A stretch of DNA of 64,000 nucleotides from a virus: positions 3,310 through 67,309 of the IMG/VR virus record IMGVR_UViG_3300027985_000412. One strand, 5' to 3'. Positions 1 through 10,717 of the stretch are shown one piece after another (within the stretch, counting starts at the first letter, position 1; every line of letters starts with the position of its first letter). The translations under genes were made by a program, and so were the position numbers. The notes beneath the pieces are model-generated. The model did not search any database, was not told the DNA's origin, and saw only the letters and a program-made list of their open reading frames with translations.

Positions 1-2
1 AA

Positions 3-1556
3 ACTCTCTTAGATAAGAAGAGAATATTAATAATTGTTGACTGTGATGTTGATGGATATACATCTGCTTCAATTATCTATCTATATATTAAGAAAATCTT
101 TCCTGATGCAGAAATTGATTACCTTCTTCATGAAGGAAAACAACATGGTTTAGAAGATATGATGGATTCCATTCAAGGTCAATATGGTCTGGTAATTTGT
201 CCAGATGCTAGTAGTAATGATTATGAATATCATGAAGAGCTAAAGAATATTGGAACGCAAGTATTAGTAATAGACCATCATGAACTGGAAGGAGAGGATA
301 AAATAAGTGATAATGCAATAATTATCAATAATCAATTGTCCAAACAATATTCTAATAAAGACTTGACCGGCGCGGGCTTAGCCTATCAATTCTGTCGAGC
401 CTTTGATCACCTCTATAACTATCAACATGCTAAAGATTTTATTGATTTAGCTGCACTTGGAGTTATTGCAGATATGGGCTCAATGCTCTCTTTAGAAAAC
501 AGATATTTCGTCAAAGAAGGATTAAAAGAGATTAATAATTTCTTCTTTCAGATTCTAATAGAGAAGCAAGACTATTCGATGGGTGGAAAAGTAAATCCAA
601 TAACAGTAGCATTTTATATTGTTCCTCTAATAAATGCTATGGTTCGAGTAGGAACAATGGAAGAAAAAGAAAGAATGTTTTCTGCTTTTGTTAACGGAAG
701 AGTTCAAGTTCCTTCTAATAAACGAGGAGCTAAGGGAACTATGGAATTACTTGCTGTTGAATCAGCGCGAGAGTGTGTGAATGCAAGAAGCAAACAAAAT
801 AGAATCAAAGATAAGGTCGTTGAGCAACTAGAATTTAAAATACAAAAGTTAGGATTATTAGATAATAAGCTGCTTTTTGTTAGACTTGAGGAAGATGATG
901 AATTTCCCGCAGTTTTAAATGGACTGGTAGCTATGCAACTAGCAGATAGATTTAAGAAACCTACTATCGTAGCTCGATTAAATAATCAAGGATATGTTAG
1001 AGGAAGCGCAAGAGGTCTCAACGAAAGTGAATTAAAAGACTTAAAAGATTTCCTAAATACTACTTGTCTATTCGAATATACCGCAGGACATCCGAATGCT
1101 TTTGGTGTCAGTATTAAAAACGACAATCTTTCTAAATTACACAATATCGCTAACGAAGAATTATGCCGTTACAATTTCAATGAGAATTGTTACGAAGTAA
1201 ATTTCGTTAGGACAGCCATTGATAAAGATTTAGAAGCATTAATTTTGGATTTATCTTACTATAGTGAATTATGGGGACAAAAGAATCCTGAGCCATTAAT
1301 CGCAATAACAGAGGTTAATCTAAATGCAGAAGATGTTCAAATCATTGGAAAGAATAAAGATACAGTTAAGTTTGAGAAGTTTGGAATAACTTATATTAAA
1401 TTTAAAGCAAAAGATTTAATTGAAGATTTATCTGAGTATCCGATAATGAAATTAGAAATAGTTGGTCGTCCTAATCTAAATGAGTGGATGGGACAAGAAA
1501 AGGCGCAAGTTATGATTGAAGCATATCAAATTAAAGATGGGAGCCTAGAATTCTAA
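3..1556 (+). CDS. recJ: RecJ-like DHH-family ssDNA exonuclease (5' truncated by window edge)
   Basis: Frame is open from base 3 (IIVDCDVDGYTSA, DHH motif I). Also has IDHH, DLAALGVIADM, and DHHA1 motifs RGSARG and GHPNAFG. Confidence 0.9.
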   Translation, partial: TLLDKKRILIIVDCDVDGYTSASIIYLYIKKIFPDAEIDYLLHEGKQHGLEDMMDSIQGQYGLVICPDASSNDYEYHEELKNIGTQVLVIDHHELEGEDKISDNAIIINNQLSKQYSNKDLTGAGLAYQFCRAFDHLYNYQHAKDFIDLAALGVIADMGSMLSLENRYFVKEGLKEINNFFFQILIEKQDYSMGGKVNPITVAFYIVPLINAMVRVGTMEEKERMFSAFVNGRVQVPSNKRGAKGTMELLAVESARECVNARSKQNRIKDKVVEQLEFKIQKLGLLDNKLLFVRLEEDDEFPAVLNGLVAMQLADRFKKPTIVARLNNQGYVRGSARGLNESELKDLKDFLNTTCLFEYTAGHPNAFGVSIKNDNLSKLHNIANEELCRYNFNENCYEVNFVRTAIDKDLEALILDLSYYSELWGQKNPEPLIAITEVNLNAEDVQIIGKNKDTVKFEKFGITYIKFKAKDLIEDLSEYPIMKLEIVGRPNLNEWMGQEKAQVMIEAYQIKDGSLEF

Positions 1557-1858
1557 TGTGTAATCAGCTTAAAATATTGGTAATTACCGATGATGTATAT
1601 TTGTGGATTAAAACTTGTACTGCTGGACTTTCCTCTGCAGCGATCTATCGGAATGAAGATCATGCAATAGTTAGAAACCATTTAGTTGATTTTCTAATTA
1701 TTCAAAATCCAACAGATAGTTTTAAAGGTGGGAGAAGACACTTTATCTATATTGATAAAGAAATTGATAAGCAATTATTAAACGAATGTATTTTACCTTT
1801 AGCTAATTTACGTTCTGTATTATATACAGAGAAAGGAAAAATAAATGAAGAAGATTGA
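1556..1858 (+). CDS. hypothetical protein
   Basis: 100-aa ORF translationally coupled to recJ (TAATG overlap). Confidence 0.6.
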   Translation: MCNQLKILVITDDVYLWIKTCTAGLSSAAIYRNEDHAIVRNHLVDFLIIQNPTDSFKGGRRHFIYIDKEIDKQLLNECILPLANLRSVLYTEKGKINEED

Positions 1859-2489
1859 TAAATTTCAAGGTGAAACAAGATGGTTAAGTAATTTCGCTAC
1901 TGGTCGAGTAAAAGTATTTGGATACGATTTTCGTTGTCGAGAAGGTGCATTTCAGGCGATGAAAGATCCTCGTCCAGAAAAGGTTCAAAAGTTTCTTGAG
2001 GCAAATGGTAGTGAATCAAAGGCATTAGGTAGAATCGCTCGACTACGTCCAGATTGGGAAAGCGTTAAAGATGAAGTTATGTATGAGGTTTGCAAAGCTT
2101 ACTATCTTCAGAATCCAGAAAGTAAAGATAAATTATTAGCTACAGATGGAATCTATTTAGAAGAAGGTAATACTTGGGGAGATAGATACTGGGGAGTTTG
2201 TAATGGAACTGGTAAAAACAAACTTGGTCATATTCTAATGAAAGTTAGAAATGAATTACTTGGGCGCCCAGAGGTGGATTGTAATTTTTGTATTCATCTG
2301 AATATCACAGAAGAAGAACAAAAAGGAGCTCAAACAAATATTCCTCATATTTGTATGTATTATGACATGCAGGTCTATCATCATGCTAATACTCAGCCGC
2401 ATAATGCGTATCTACATCCATGTCGTCACTGTTCAGATATAGCCTATCCAAACTATGAAGTTAATGATAAATTATTTCTTGACAAATGA
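1845..2489 (+). CDS. NADAR (DUF1768/YbiA) family protein with C-terminal Cys/His-rich extension
   Basis: Motifs WLSNF, EGAFQAMK, LRPDWESVKDEVM, LEEGNTWGDRYWG and GKNKLGHILMKVR are characteristic of NADAR. Confidence 0.85.
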   Translation: MKKIDKFQGETRWLSNFATGRVKVFGYDFRCREGAFQAMKDPRPEKVQKFLEANGSESKALGRIARLRPDWESVKDEVMYEVCKAYYLQNPESKDKLLATDGIYLEEGNTWGDRYWGVCNGTGKNKLGHILMKVRNELLGRPEVDCNFCIHLNITEEEQKGAQTNIPHICMYYDMQVYHHANTQPHNAYLHPCRHCSDIAYPNYEVNDKLFLDK

Positions 2490-2507
2490 TTAAATTTTTG
2501 ATATAAT
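2479..2507 (+). promoter_or_regulatory. SigA-type promoter for dnaE
   Basis: TTGACA (2479) - 17 bp - TATAAT (2502), with extended -10 TG. Confidence 0.85.
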
Positions 2508-2537
2508 ATAAGTAGAAAATAAAAGGAGAATTGTCGT

Positions 2538-5500
2538 ATGGCAGAAAAAGTATTAACCAGATTTGAAACCCATGCACATTCTGAGTACAGTAACATCAGA
2601 CTGTTAGACTGCATTAATAAACCAAAAGATATTATTCAAACAGCTTATAACAAAGGACTGTCCGGTATTGCATTGACTGACCATGAATTTGTAGGAAATG
2701 CTATTCAGTGGTTAAATGCTGAAAAGAAACTTAAAAAAGCTGAAAAAATTTCTAAGGATTTTAAATGCGCCCTCGGAAATGAGATTTACCTTGTTGGTTC
2801 TCGCGATCCAGAAAAGATAAGAAGATATTTTCATTTTATCTTAATTGCAAAAAATAATCAAGGACATGAAGCACTTAGGAAACTAAGCTCTATTGCATGG
2901 TTTCATAGTTATACAAGTAGACGGTTATTGCGCGTTCCTACTCTTTATAATGAACTAAAGGAAGTTATGAATGAGTATAAGAATAGTGTTATGGCCACTA
3001 CAGCCTGTTTAGGAGGAGAGCTTCCTCACTTAGTATTTGAGTTATTAGAATTAGAAATAAAGTCTAAAACTCAAAAAGGCTTAGAAGAACAAATTCAACA
3101 GAAAAAGATCGAAATATCAGAATTTATCAAGTTCTGTAAAGATGTATTTGGAGAAGATTTCTATATTGAGATCGCTCCATCTAAACAAAATGATCAAGTC
3201 AATTATAATTTGAGAGTGATTCCTATTGCAAAAGCTTTAGGAGTAAAGATAGTTTTTGGCACAGATGCTCACTATCTAACAAAAGAAGATCGGCCTATTC
3301 ACAAAGCTTATTTAAATAGTAAAGAAGGAGAGCGCGAAGTAGATGCTTTTTATTCCTCTGCTCATTTAATGGACTATGAAGAATTAAGGGCTCTTACACC
3401 ATATCTATCTGATGAACAAATTGCAGAATTCTTCAATAATTCATTAGAAATCATGGATAAGGTTGAAGGTTATCAGCTAGATAATAGTCCTAATATCCCT
3501 ACTGAACAGGTTAAATATTATCCTAAATTAAAATATGACTTGGAAGATAAATATCCAAATATTGCTTGGTATCTTCAATCAGAAAGTGACCAAGATAGAT
3601 ATTGGATAAATACTGTATTGAATAAGGCGGAAGAGGTCGGTTATGATACAATCCAAGGAATGGAGCGTATTGAAAAAGAAGCTGATATTCAACGCTTTAT
3701 CTCTGAAAGATTGGGTCAGTCTATGAGTGCATATCATAATACTATGCAGCATTATATTGATCTATTCTGGGAATGTGGAAGTATTGTTGGCCCGGGTCGA
3801 GGCAGCGCCTGTGGTTGGCTTACAAATATGTTATTGGGTATAACACAAGTTGATCCCTTAAAGTGGGGATTAAATGAATGGCGTTATCTAAATAAAGAAC
3901 GTGTAGAGATTGGAGATATCGATATTGATATCGCGCCAAGTAAAAGACCTTTAATCTTTAAAGAGATTAGAAAACAAAAAGGAGAAACTGGTCTTTTACA
4001 GATTTGCACATTTGGCACAGAAGGAACTCGAAGTGCTATTTTAACTGCTTGTCGTGGATATCGAAGCGAAGAATTTCCAGATGGTATTGATGTAGATATT
4101 GCTCAGTATATGAGCGGTATGATACCCCAAGAGCGTGGATTCTTATGGCCTCTTTCTGATGTTTTAAACGGAAATGAAGAGAAAGGTCGTAGTCCTATTC
4201 GTAGCTTCATTGATGAAGTGAATAAGTATCCCGGTCTGTTAGATATCATGGTTAAGATTGAAGGTCTTATTAATAAGAGATCACAGCATGCTTCTGGCGT
4301 GATTCTTTACAACCAAGAGTTCTATAAGACAAATGCCCTAATGCGCTCTCCTAGTGGAGATTTAACAACACAATTTTCTCTTCATGATGCAGAACAAGTA
4401 GGCGATACTAAATTCGACTTTCTTGTAACTGAAGTTTCTGATAAGATTATTGAATGTGTTAAACTATTACAAGAAGATAATATCCTTGAATCAGAGTTAT
4501 CTTTACGAGAAATATATAATAAGTATTTACATCCAAATATTATTCCTCTTGACGATGATCGTATTTGGAAAGCATTAGCTGATGGGAGCGCGCTAGATGT
4601 GTTCCAGTTTAACAGTGATGTTGGGCTACAAGCAGCTAAGGCAATCAAACCAACTAATCCATTTGAAATGACAGCAGCTAACGCTCTTATGAGACTGATG
4701 GCAGAAAAAGGACACGAGCGCCCCCTTGATCGTTATGTTAGAATGAAATTCAACACTTCGGCATGGTATGAAGAAATGAATCGGTGGAACCTTAGTAAAG
4801 AACAGCAGGTTATGTTGGAGAAGTACTATAAACAAGATTATGGAACCCCTCCTTATCAAGAGTCTGTTATGTTAATCTTAATGGAGCCAGCAATCAGCGG
4901 ATTTACATTAACCGAGGCGAATGACGCTCGTAAGATTATTGGTAAGAAGCAAATGGAACGTATTCCAGAATTACGGAAGAAATTCTTTGATAAAACATCA
5001 GATAAGAATTTAGCAGCTTACGTTTGGGAAACTGCTATCCTTCCACAGATGGGATATAGCTTTAGTGTTAATCATAGTTTACCATATTCATTTGTGGGAA
5101 TCCAAACTTTAGTATTAGCAGCAACTTTTCCCGATATTTACTGGAACTGTGCATGTTTGATTGTTAATAGTGGAGGAATTGAAGATGTTATCGAGGAAGA
5201 TGACATTGAACAAGATGAGAAGATTACTCCCGAATCTCTATTTATATCAGGAGGAGATTCTTCTGAGGATGATGATGAAGAAGAATATGACGAAGAGGAA
5301 GAATCTATCGGAAAAAAAGAAAAAAAGAAAAATCGTACCACTAATTATGGTAAGATTGCCACCGCCATTGGTTTTATGGCTAGCGCTGGTATTATTGTTG
5401 AGCCTCCCGATATTAATCAATCTAAATTAACTTTCTCTCCTGTTTTAGAAACTAATTCAATTCGCTATGGATTAAAAGGTATTAATAAAATTGGAGATGA

Positions 5501-6554
5501 GTTGGTTAGAATGATTATAGAATGTCGTCCGTATCAATCAATCGACGAGTTCTTAGCTAAAGTTAAAGTGAATAAGCCTCAGATGATAAATCTAATTAAG
5601 TCTGGTGCGTTTGACAATTTTGGCGATGGGCGCAGACCGGTTATGGAAGAATATATTCGTTCTATAAGCGACCAAAAGAAAAGAATTACACTTCAAAATA
5701 TGAAGATGTTAATTGACTTTCAGCTTTTACCGGAGAGTTTAGCTTTTGAGGTAAAGGTATTTAACTTTAATAAATATCTTAAAAAGTTTAAGTCTGGTAA
5801 TTACTATGTTTTGGATGATATTGCGTTCAAGTTCTATGAAGATAATTTTGATATAGATTTAATCTTCTTTTTAGAAGAAGAGCCTGGTCAATTAACAAGA
5901 AGGATTGAACAGACAAAATGGGATAAAATATACAATAAATACATGGATAATGTACGAGCGTATATTAAACCTAATCAGGAGAAACTTTTATCTGAACTAA
6001 ACGATAAACTTATTCAAGAATTATGGGATAAGTATTGTCTAGGAAGTATTAGTAAATGGGAGATGGATAGTGTAAGCTTCTACTCTCATGAGCATGAACT
6101 AGAATTCATAGACGATGAACGTTATGAATTTACAGATTTTTTCGACCTAGAAGAAGATCCAGTAGTTGAAAATGTTGTTATGATGAAAGGAAAGAAAGTT
6201 CCTTTATTCAAACTCTATCGAATTGCCGGAACCGTTCTAGATAAGAATAAGAACAAAAATGTTGTAACCGTATTAACAAAAAGTGGTGTGGTTAACGTTA
6301 AAGTTTGGCAAAGTCAATTCTCTAAATACGATAAACAAATAAGTGTTAAATTGGCTACTGGTAAGAAAAAAATCATTGAGAAATCTTGGTTCTCTCGTGG
6401 TAATAAAATTGCTATAGTAGGTATCCGGCGCGGAGATATGTTTGTGCCAAAGATTTATCGCTCTAGTATTTGGAGTGAGCCATTTAACTTAATTACAAAA
6501 ATTAATGAAGATGGTTCATTAGTCTTTAAGAGTGAGAGAGAGAGTGGTGATTAA
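2538..6554 (+). CDS. dnaE: DNA polymerase III alpha subunit (family C)
   Basis: PHP domain (HAHSEYS, ALTDH, TDAHY), GPGRGSA, catalytic GDIDID, SQHASG, KFDFL, GYSFSVNHS and a C-terminal OB fold. Confidence 0.95.
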   Translation: MAEKVLTRFETHAHSEYSNIRLLDCINKPKDIIQTAYNKGLSGIALTDHEFVGNAIQWLNAEKKLKKAEKISKDFKCALGNEIYLVGSRDPEKIRRYFHFILIAKNNQGHEALRKLSSIAWFHSYTSRRLLRVPTLYNELKEVMNEYKNSVMATTACLGGELPHLVFELLELEIKSKTQKGLEEQIQQKKIEISEFIKFCKDVFGEDFYIEIAPSKQNDQVNYNLRVIPIAKALGVKIVFGTDAHYLTKEDRPIHKAYLNSKEGEREVDAFYSSAHLMDYEELRALTPYLSDEQIAEFFNNSLEIMDKVEGYQLDNSPNIPTEQVKYYPKLKYDLEDKYPNIAWYLQSESDQDRYWINTVLNKAEEVGYDTIQGMERIEKEADIQRFISERLGQSMSAYHNTMQHYIDLFWECGSIVGPGRGSACGWLTNMLLGITQVDPLKWGLNEWRYLNKERVEIGDIDIDIAPSKRPLIFKEIRKQKGETGLLQICTFGTEGTRSAILTACRGYRSEEFPDGIDVDIAQYMSGMIPQERGFLWPLSDVLNGNEEKGRSPIRSFIDEVNKYPGLLDIMVKIEGLINKRSQHASGVILYNQEFYKTNALMRSPSGDLTTQFSLHDAEQVGDTKFDFLVTEVSDKIIECVKLLQEDNILESELSLREIYNKYLHPNIIPLDDDRIWKALADGSALDVFQFNSDVGLQAAKAIKPTNPFEMTAANALMRLMAEKGHERPLDRYVRMKFNTSAWYEEMNRWNLSKEQQVMLEKYYKQDYGTPPYQESVMLILMEPAISGFTLTEANDARKIIGKKQMERIPELRKKFFDKTSDKNLAAYVWETAILPQMGYSFSVNHSLPYSFVGIQTLVLAATFPDIYWNCACLIVNSGGIEDVIEEDDIEQDEKITPESLFISGGDSSEDDDEEEYDEEEESIGKKEKKKNRTTNYGKIATAIGFMASAGIIVEPPDINQSKLTFSPVLETNSIRYGLKGINKIGDELVRMIIECRPYQSIDEFLAKVKVNKPQMINLIKSGAFDNFGDGRRPVMEEYIRSISDQKKRITLQNMKMLIDFQLLPESLAFEVKVFNFNKYLKKFKSGNYYVLDDIAFKFYEDNFDIDLIFFLEEEPGQLTRRIEQTKWDKIYNKYMDNVRAYIKPNQEKLLSELNDKLIQELWDKYCLGSISKWEMDSVSFYSHEHELEFIDDERYEFTDFFDLEEDPVVENVVMMKGKKVPLFKLYRIAGTVLDKNKNKNVVTVLTKSGVVNVKVWQSQFSKYDKQISVKLATGKKKIIEKSWFSRGNKIAIVGIRRGDMFVPKIYRSSIWSEPFNLITKINEDGSLVFKSERESGD

Positions 6555-7705
6555 TGAGTATAGGCCTACACGATATAGATATAGCTACTTATACTCACGT
6601 GCCATTTAATTTAGAAATAATGAAAATGGCAACATATTTTAAAAGAAAGAAGGAGATAGTTCACCTATCTTCTTCTCTCAATCCCGATAAGTATGGTGAG
6701 TTCTATATCAGAAAAGATTTTGATGATGGAATTTTTCCAAAACAAATCTATACAGCAAAGAATTTAATATATGGTGGATATGCTTTCTCAGATAACTATG
6801 TTCCAATGGACTTATCTATTGAGAAACAGAAGGCTGATGTTTCCATATATTTTAAATATAAAGACATCTTTTCAATAAACAAAAAGTATTCCGAGATATT
6901 TAGAGTTTTAACAAATGCTCAACATATAAGATTATCTTTAGACGATAAAACAATTTGGACTGATTTTGAAAAACAATTTAATATCTATCCTACGCTATGT
7001 AGTCTAATATTTCATGATAAAAATATTCATAAGATAGAGGGCGCGCAGGAGGTTATACAATCTCTAGTTGATAGAATGAATCCTAGAGCTGGTGGGAAAC
7101 ATATTGGTTTTAAATTCCCTATTATTGTAAATAATGAACAAGAATTATTATCTTGGAGTTATTTTCGACCTCTGCGCGATCTCTTTTTTATTGAATATTC
7201 TGGAGTTATAGATGATACAGCTTTTGTTGAATTTATTCATCGACAAAAGCATACCTCTATTTGCGCGCAGATGAACTATATCGTAACCCGTGAATCATCT
7301 TCAGAGAATGATTTTGTGATAAATAAATTACCTCAAATTTTTAAGCAAGTTGTTTTTTGTAGAGTAAATGGTGTAAAAATTTCACTTAAATATGAAGATG
7401 ATTTCTTCGTAGATAAACGATGGGAAAAAGTAATTAAGTTAATTAATTCCTTTGCAAATGTTCCTGCATACTATAAAGGGAAACCTTGTGATCAAACTGT
7501 TTATCTACTTGTTAAAAGATATTTTACTCGTGACGAAAAAGATGAATATCTTTTTAAACAAACTGGATATTTGTTTAAAGAAGAAGCCCGAGAGCTATTT
7601 CAATTCGTTCGGGAAAATAACTATGAGCTGTTTAAACTGTTCTATGAATGTGAATCAGTATCACTTAAAGGAGGAAAACTTGAAAATGACTGGCAAAGAA
7701 ATTAG
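6554..7705 (+). CDS. hypothetical protein
   Basis: 383-aa ORF coupled to dnaE; no motif recognised. Confidence 0.7.
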   Translation: MSIGLHDIDIATYTHVPFNLEIMKMATYFKRKKEIVHLSSSLNPDKYGEFYIRKDFDDGIFPKQIYTAKNLIYGGYAFSDNYVPMDLSIEKQKADVSIYFKYKDIFSINKKYSEIFRVLTNAQHIRLSLDDKTIWTDFEKQFNIYPTLCSLIFHDKNIHKIEGAQEVIQSLVDRMNPRAGGKHIGFKFPIIVNNEQELLSWSYFRPLRDLFFIEYSGVIDDTAFVEFIHRQKHTSICAQMNYIVTRESSSENDFVINKLPQIFKQVVFCRVNGVKISLKYEDDFFVDKRWEKVIKLINSFANVPAYYKGKPCDQTVYLLVKRYFTRDEKDEYLFKQTGYLFKEEARELFQFVRENNYELFKLFYECESVSLKGGKLENDWQRN

Positions 7706-7880
7706 AGGTCAGATTGATGCCCTCAACATGCAAATTGAAAAAGCTTTAAAGCCTAATCAATTTATTCTAAACAATCAAGTTGTTGAATACAGTAAGCAAA
7801 TTGGCGCATTACAAGATAAATGCGACCATGTTTTTGTTGAAGGTTGCTGTGTTTACTGCGATAAACTAAAGGAGGACTAA
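7686..7880 (+). CDS. small protein with C-terminal Cys/His cluster
   Basis: GGAGG RBS before ATG 7686; ends CDHVFVEGCCVYCD. Confidence 0.6.
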   Translation: MTGKEIRGQIDALNMQIEKALKPNQFILNNQVVEYSKQIGALQDKCDHVFVEGCCVYCDKLKED

Positions 7881-7881
7881 T

Positions 7882-8097
7882 ATGCAGATTATACTTTACA
7901 CAACAGGATGTCCTAATTGTTTGATGTTAGAGAAGAAGATGATAGAGAAAGGTATTGAACCAACAACTATCATTCGAGATTTAGAGACTATGGATAAATT
8001 AGGGTTTAAATCAGTTCCACAATTAGAAGTTGATGGACAAAGAATGACATTTTTTGAAGCCTATAAGTGGGCAGATAAGCAGGAGAAGAGCGCATGA
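7882..8097 (+). CDS. glutaredoxin/NrdH-like redoxin
   Basis: LYTTGCPNC and SVPQLEVDG motifs; adjacent to the RNR genes. Confidence 0.85.
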   Translation: MQIILYTTGCPNCLMLEKKMIEKGIEPTTIIRDLETMDKLGFKSVPQLEVDGQRMTFFEAYKWADKQEKSA

Positions 8098-10037
8098 AGA
8101 TAGACATTAAGCTAGGAAAGAACTTCACAACAACATTCAATAAAATGACAGATAAATATGGCGAAGAATTTGAGTTATTAAATGGATTCCATGATAGAAA
8201 CTTGAATTACACAGACTTTATTGATAATTTTGTTGATAAAGAAACAGTAGCTGATGCAACTATCGATGGTAATGCAAATGCTAATCAAAAGGATATTTGT
8301 TCATTAGAAAATGAGATGCCTAAACCTCATATGAAGTTATTAGCATTTAATAAGATTTTTTATGAACTAAACAAGCAATATGGGATTCAAGTTGCGCGCG
8401 ATTGGTTAGAAACTGAATGGAATGGAGGATTCTATTTACACGATGCTCCATCGACTTCATTTAAACCTTATTGTTTTGCATACGATATTGAAGAACTTGT
8501 ACAAAAAGGTCTTTATTTCATTAAAAACTTTAATGGCGCGCCACCGCAGCACTTAACTACGTTTACTGATTTCGTAGGAGAATTTGTCAGCTGGGTTTCT
8601 AACAGAACTAGTGGAGCATGTGGACTTCCATCCTTCCTAATTTACTCATATTATTTTTGGAAGAAAGATGTGAGTAGTAATCATTTTATGCTTAGTCCAG
8701 AATATTATAGAGATCAAGAATTCCAACGCATAGTCTATAAACTGAATCAGCCATATTTGAGAGTAAATCAGAGTGCATTTACTAACTTTACAATAATGGA
8801 TAGACCTTATCTTGCCGAGATTTTTGGAGGTAGATTATTCCCCGATGGAACTCCTATAATCGAACACATTGAAGAACTGATTGAATATCAGAAATCATTC
8901 ATGAAGATTGTTAGCAAAGTAAGAAAAGAAAATATGATGACTTTTCCTGTTCTATCATATTCTCTACTATTCCAGAATAACAAATTTGTTGACGAAGAGT
9001 TTGCGCGCTGGTGTTCTGACCATAACTGTAAGTGGATGGATTCCAACTTCTTTATGGATAGCGATGTTACGAGTTTGAGTTCTTGTTGTAGATTAGTTAA
9101 TGACTTTTCAAAGCTAAAAGGATTCTCAAATTCAATTGGCGGAACAGCTTTGAAAATTGGCTCGGTTAAGGTTAATACAATTAATCTTATGAGAATTGCT
9201 TATGAAAGTGAGAAGAGTCAATTACGGTATATGGAAATTCTCTCTCAAAGAGTTCATCTTGCAATTAAAGTTTTAGATGTAATTAGAACTATCATTAAAA
9301 GAAATATTGAGAAGGGATTACTTCCTAACTATCAAAGCGGTATTATTGACATCGAGAGACAATTTAATACGATCGGTATTAATGCCATGTATGAAGCTGT
9401 AAATTACTTTGGATATATTAATATGGATAGTCTTGGCAATGCCTCATATAGTGAAGAAGGAATAGCCTTTGCTTCTGCTATTATGGATAAGATTAATGCT
9501 ATTAAAGATAGCTATAATTTTACGTATAGTATTAATGTTGAAGCAGTACCAGCAGAAAGATGTGCAGTTATCTTATGTCAAAAAGACCAAATGCTTTTCC
9601 CCGATCTAGTTAATCCAGATGATTATATCTACTCTAATCAATGGATTCCTTTAACACAAAGATGCACTATTCAAGAAAAAGTTCGTCTTGGAAGTATTCT
9701 TGATAAGAAGTGTGGAGGAGGACAGATTAGTCATATCAACATTGACGCACCTTTCGAGTCGCCAGGTAGTAAACATGGTCATGATATGGCGTGGAAATTA
9801 CTAAACTATATTGCTCAACAAGGAGTTATCTATTTTGCTTTTAACTCCAAGATAAGCGTATGTAAGAATAACCACGGATTCTATGGTGACACTTGTGATA
9901 AGTGCGGAGAGCCAAAAGCTGATACGTATCAGCGTATTGTAGGTTTCTTAACTCCAAGTAATTCCTATTCAAAAGAGAGAAAGAAAGAATTTACAAGTCG
10001 CACCTATTACGAAATAAACAAATTAAGGGAGTTATAA
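8094..10037 (+). CDS. nrdD: anaerobic (class III) ribonucleoside-triphosphate reductase, no ATP cone
   Basis: FYLHD, PYCFAY, TFPV, SCCRL, EAVPAE, GGQISH, C-terminal Zn site (CKNNH...CDKCG) and glycyl-radical loop YQRIVGF. Confidence 0.92.
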   Translation: MKIDIKLGKNFTTTFNKMTDKYGEEFELLNGFHDRNLNYTDFIDNFVDKETVADATIDGNANANQKDICSLENEMPKPHMKLLAFNKIFYELNKQYGIQVARDWLETEWNGGFYLHDAPSTSFKPYCFAYDIEELVQKGLYFIKNFNGAPPQHLTTFTDFVGEFVSWVSNRTSGACGLPSFLIYSYYFWKKDVSSNHFMLSPEYYRDQEFQRIVYKLNQPYLRVNQSAFTNFTIMDRPYLAEIFGGRLFPDGTPIIEHIEELIEYQKSFMKIVSKVRKENMMTFPVLSYSLLFQNNKFVDEEFARWCSDHNCKWMDSNFFMDSDVTSLSSCCRLVNDFSKLKGFSNSIGGTALKIGSVKVNTINLMRIAYESEKSQLRYMEILSQRVHLAIKVLDVIRTIIKRNIEKGLLPNYQSGIIDIERQFNTIGINAMYEAVNYFGYINMDSLGNASYSEEGIAFASAIMDKINAIKDSYNFTYSINVEAVPAERCAVILCQKDQMLFPDLVNPDDYIYSNQWIPLTQRCTIQEKVRLGSILDKKCGGGQISHINIDAPFESPGSKHGHDMAWKLLNYIAQQGVIYFAFNSKISVCKNNHGFYGDTCDKCGEPKADTYQRIVGFLTPSNSYSKERKKEFTSRTYYEINKLREL

Positions 10038-10038
10038 T

Positions 10039-10254
10039 ATGGAATATGTAGAAGCTTATGTTGTATCAAGTTCTAAAATTAAGCAAGCTATGGAAATTAT
10101 TGAGATGAGACAGGGGAAGGGACATCCTATCTCTCTCATGTATATGCTCAAAACCTTCTTTCCAATGGCAGTAAAAAATCTAAATGAAAATTTTAGTCAA
10201 CAATTTACTTTAGGATATATTGAAGGGAGAAAAGATGCCAAACGTGGTTATTAA
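10039..10254 (+). CDS. hypothetical protein
   Basis: 71-aa ORF with RBS between nrdD and nrdG. Confidence 0.55.
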   Translation: MEYVEAYVVSSSKIKQAMEIIEMRQGKGHPISLMYMLKTFFPMAVKNLNENFSQQFTLGYIEGRKDAKRGY

Positions 10255-10717
10255 AGATATCGTCGAAGAAGACTTTATCAACTATAAAAAAGCATCAATG
10301 TTCATAGCCTTTCCAAATTGTAGTTGGAAGTGTGAAAGGGAATGTGGGCGCGCTATTTGTCAAAATAGTGCGCTTGCAAATACTCCTAGCCGAAATATTG
10401 GAGTAAAAACAATTCTAAATAAATATTTGAATAATCCTATTACCGAGGCAATAGTTGTGGGAGGATTAGAACCTTTTGATTCTTTAGAAGATTTAGAAAT
10501 ATTAATCACTTATTTTCGGGCAGCAACAAAAGATGATTTTGTTATCTATACTGGATATACGGAAGAAGAAGTGGCTAACATGATTCCAGAATATTTATTG
10601 AAGATGGAAAATATCATTATTAAATATGGACGATTTATTCCAGATCAAGAATCTCACTATGATGAAACATTAGGAGTAGAGCTATCTAGTCTAAATCAGT
10701 ATGCAAAGAGGTACTAA
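10235..10717 (+). CDS. nrdG: anaerobic RNR activating radical-SAM protein
   Basis: CSWKC...CQN cluster, GGLEPF, IYTGY, IKYGRF and SSLNQY; next to nrdD. Confidence 0.85.
   Translation: MPNVVIKDIVEEDFINYKKASMFIAFPNCSWKCERECGRAICQNSALANTPSRNIGVKTILNKYLNNPITEAIVVGGLEPFDSLEDLEILITYFRAATKDDFVIYTGYTEEEVANMIPEYLLKMENIIIKYGRFIPDQESHYDETLGVELSSLNQYAKRY

Noticed and set aside
2538-10037. Inteins or introns in dnaE and nrdD
   Set aside because: Both ORFs are continuous, of normal size, and lack recognisable splice-junction or LAGLIDADG motifs.
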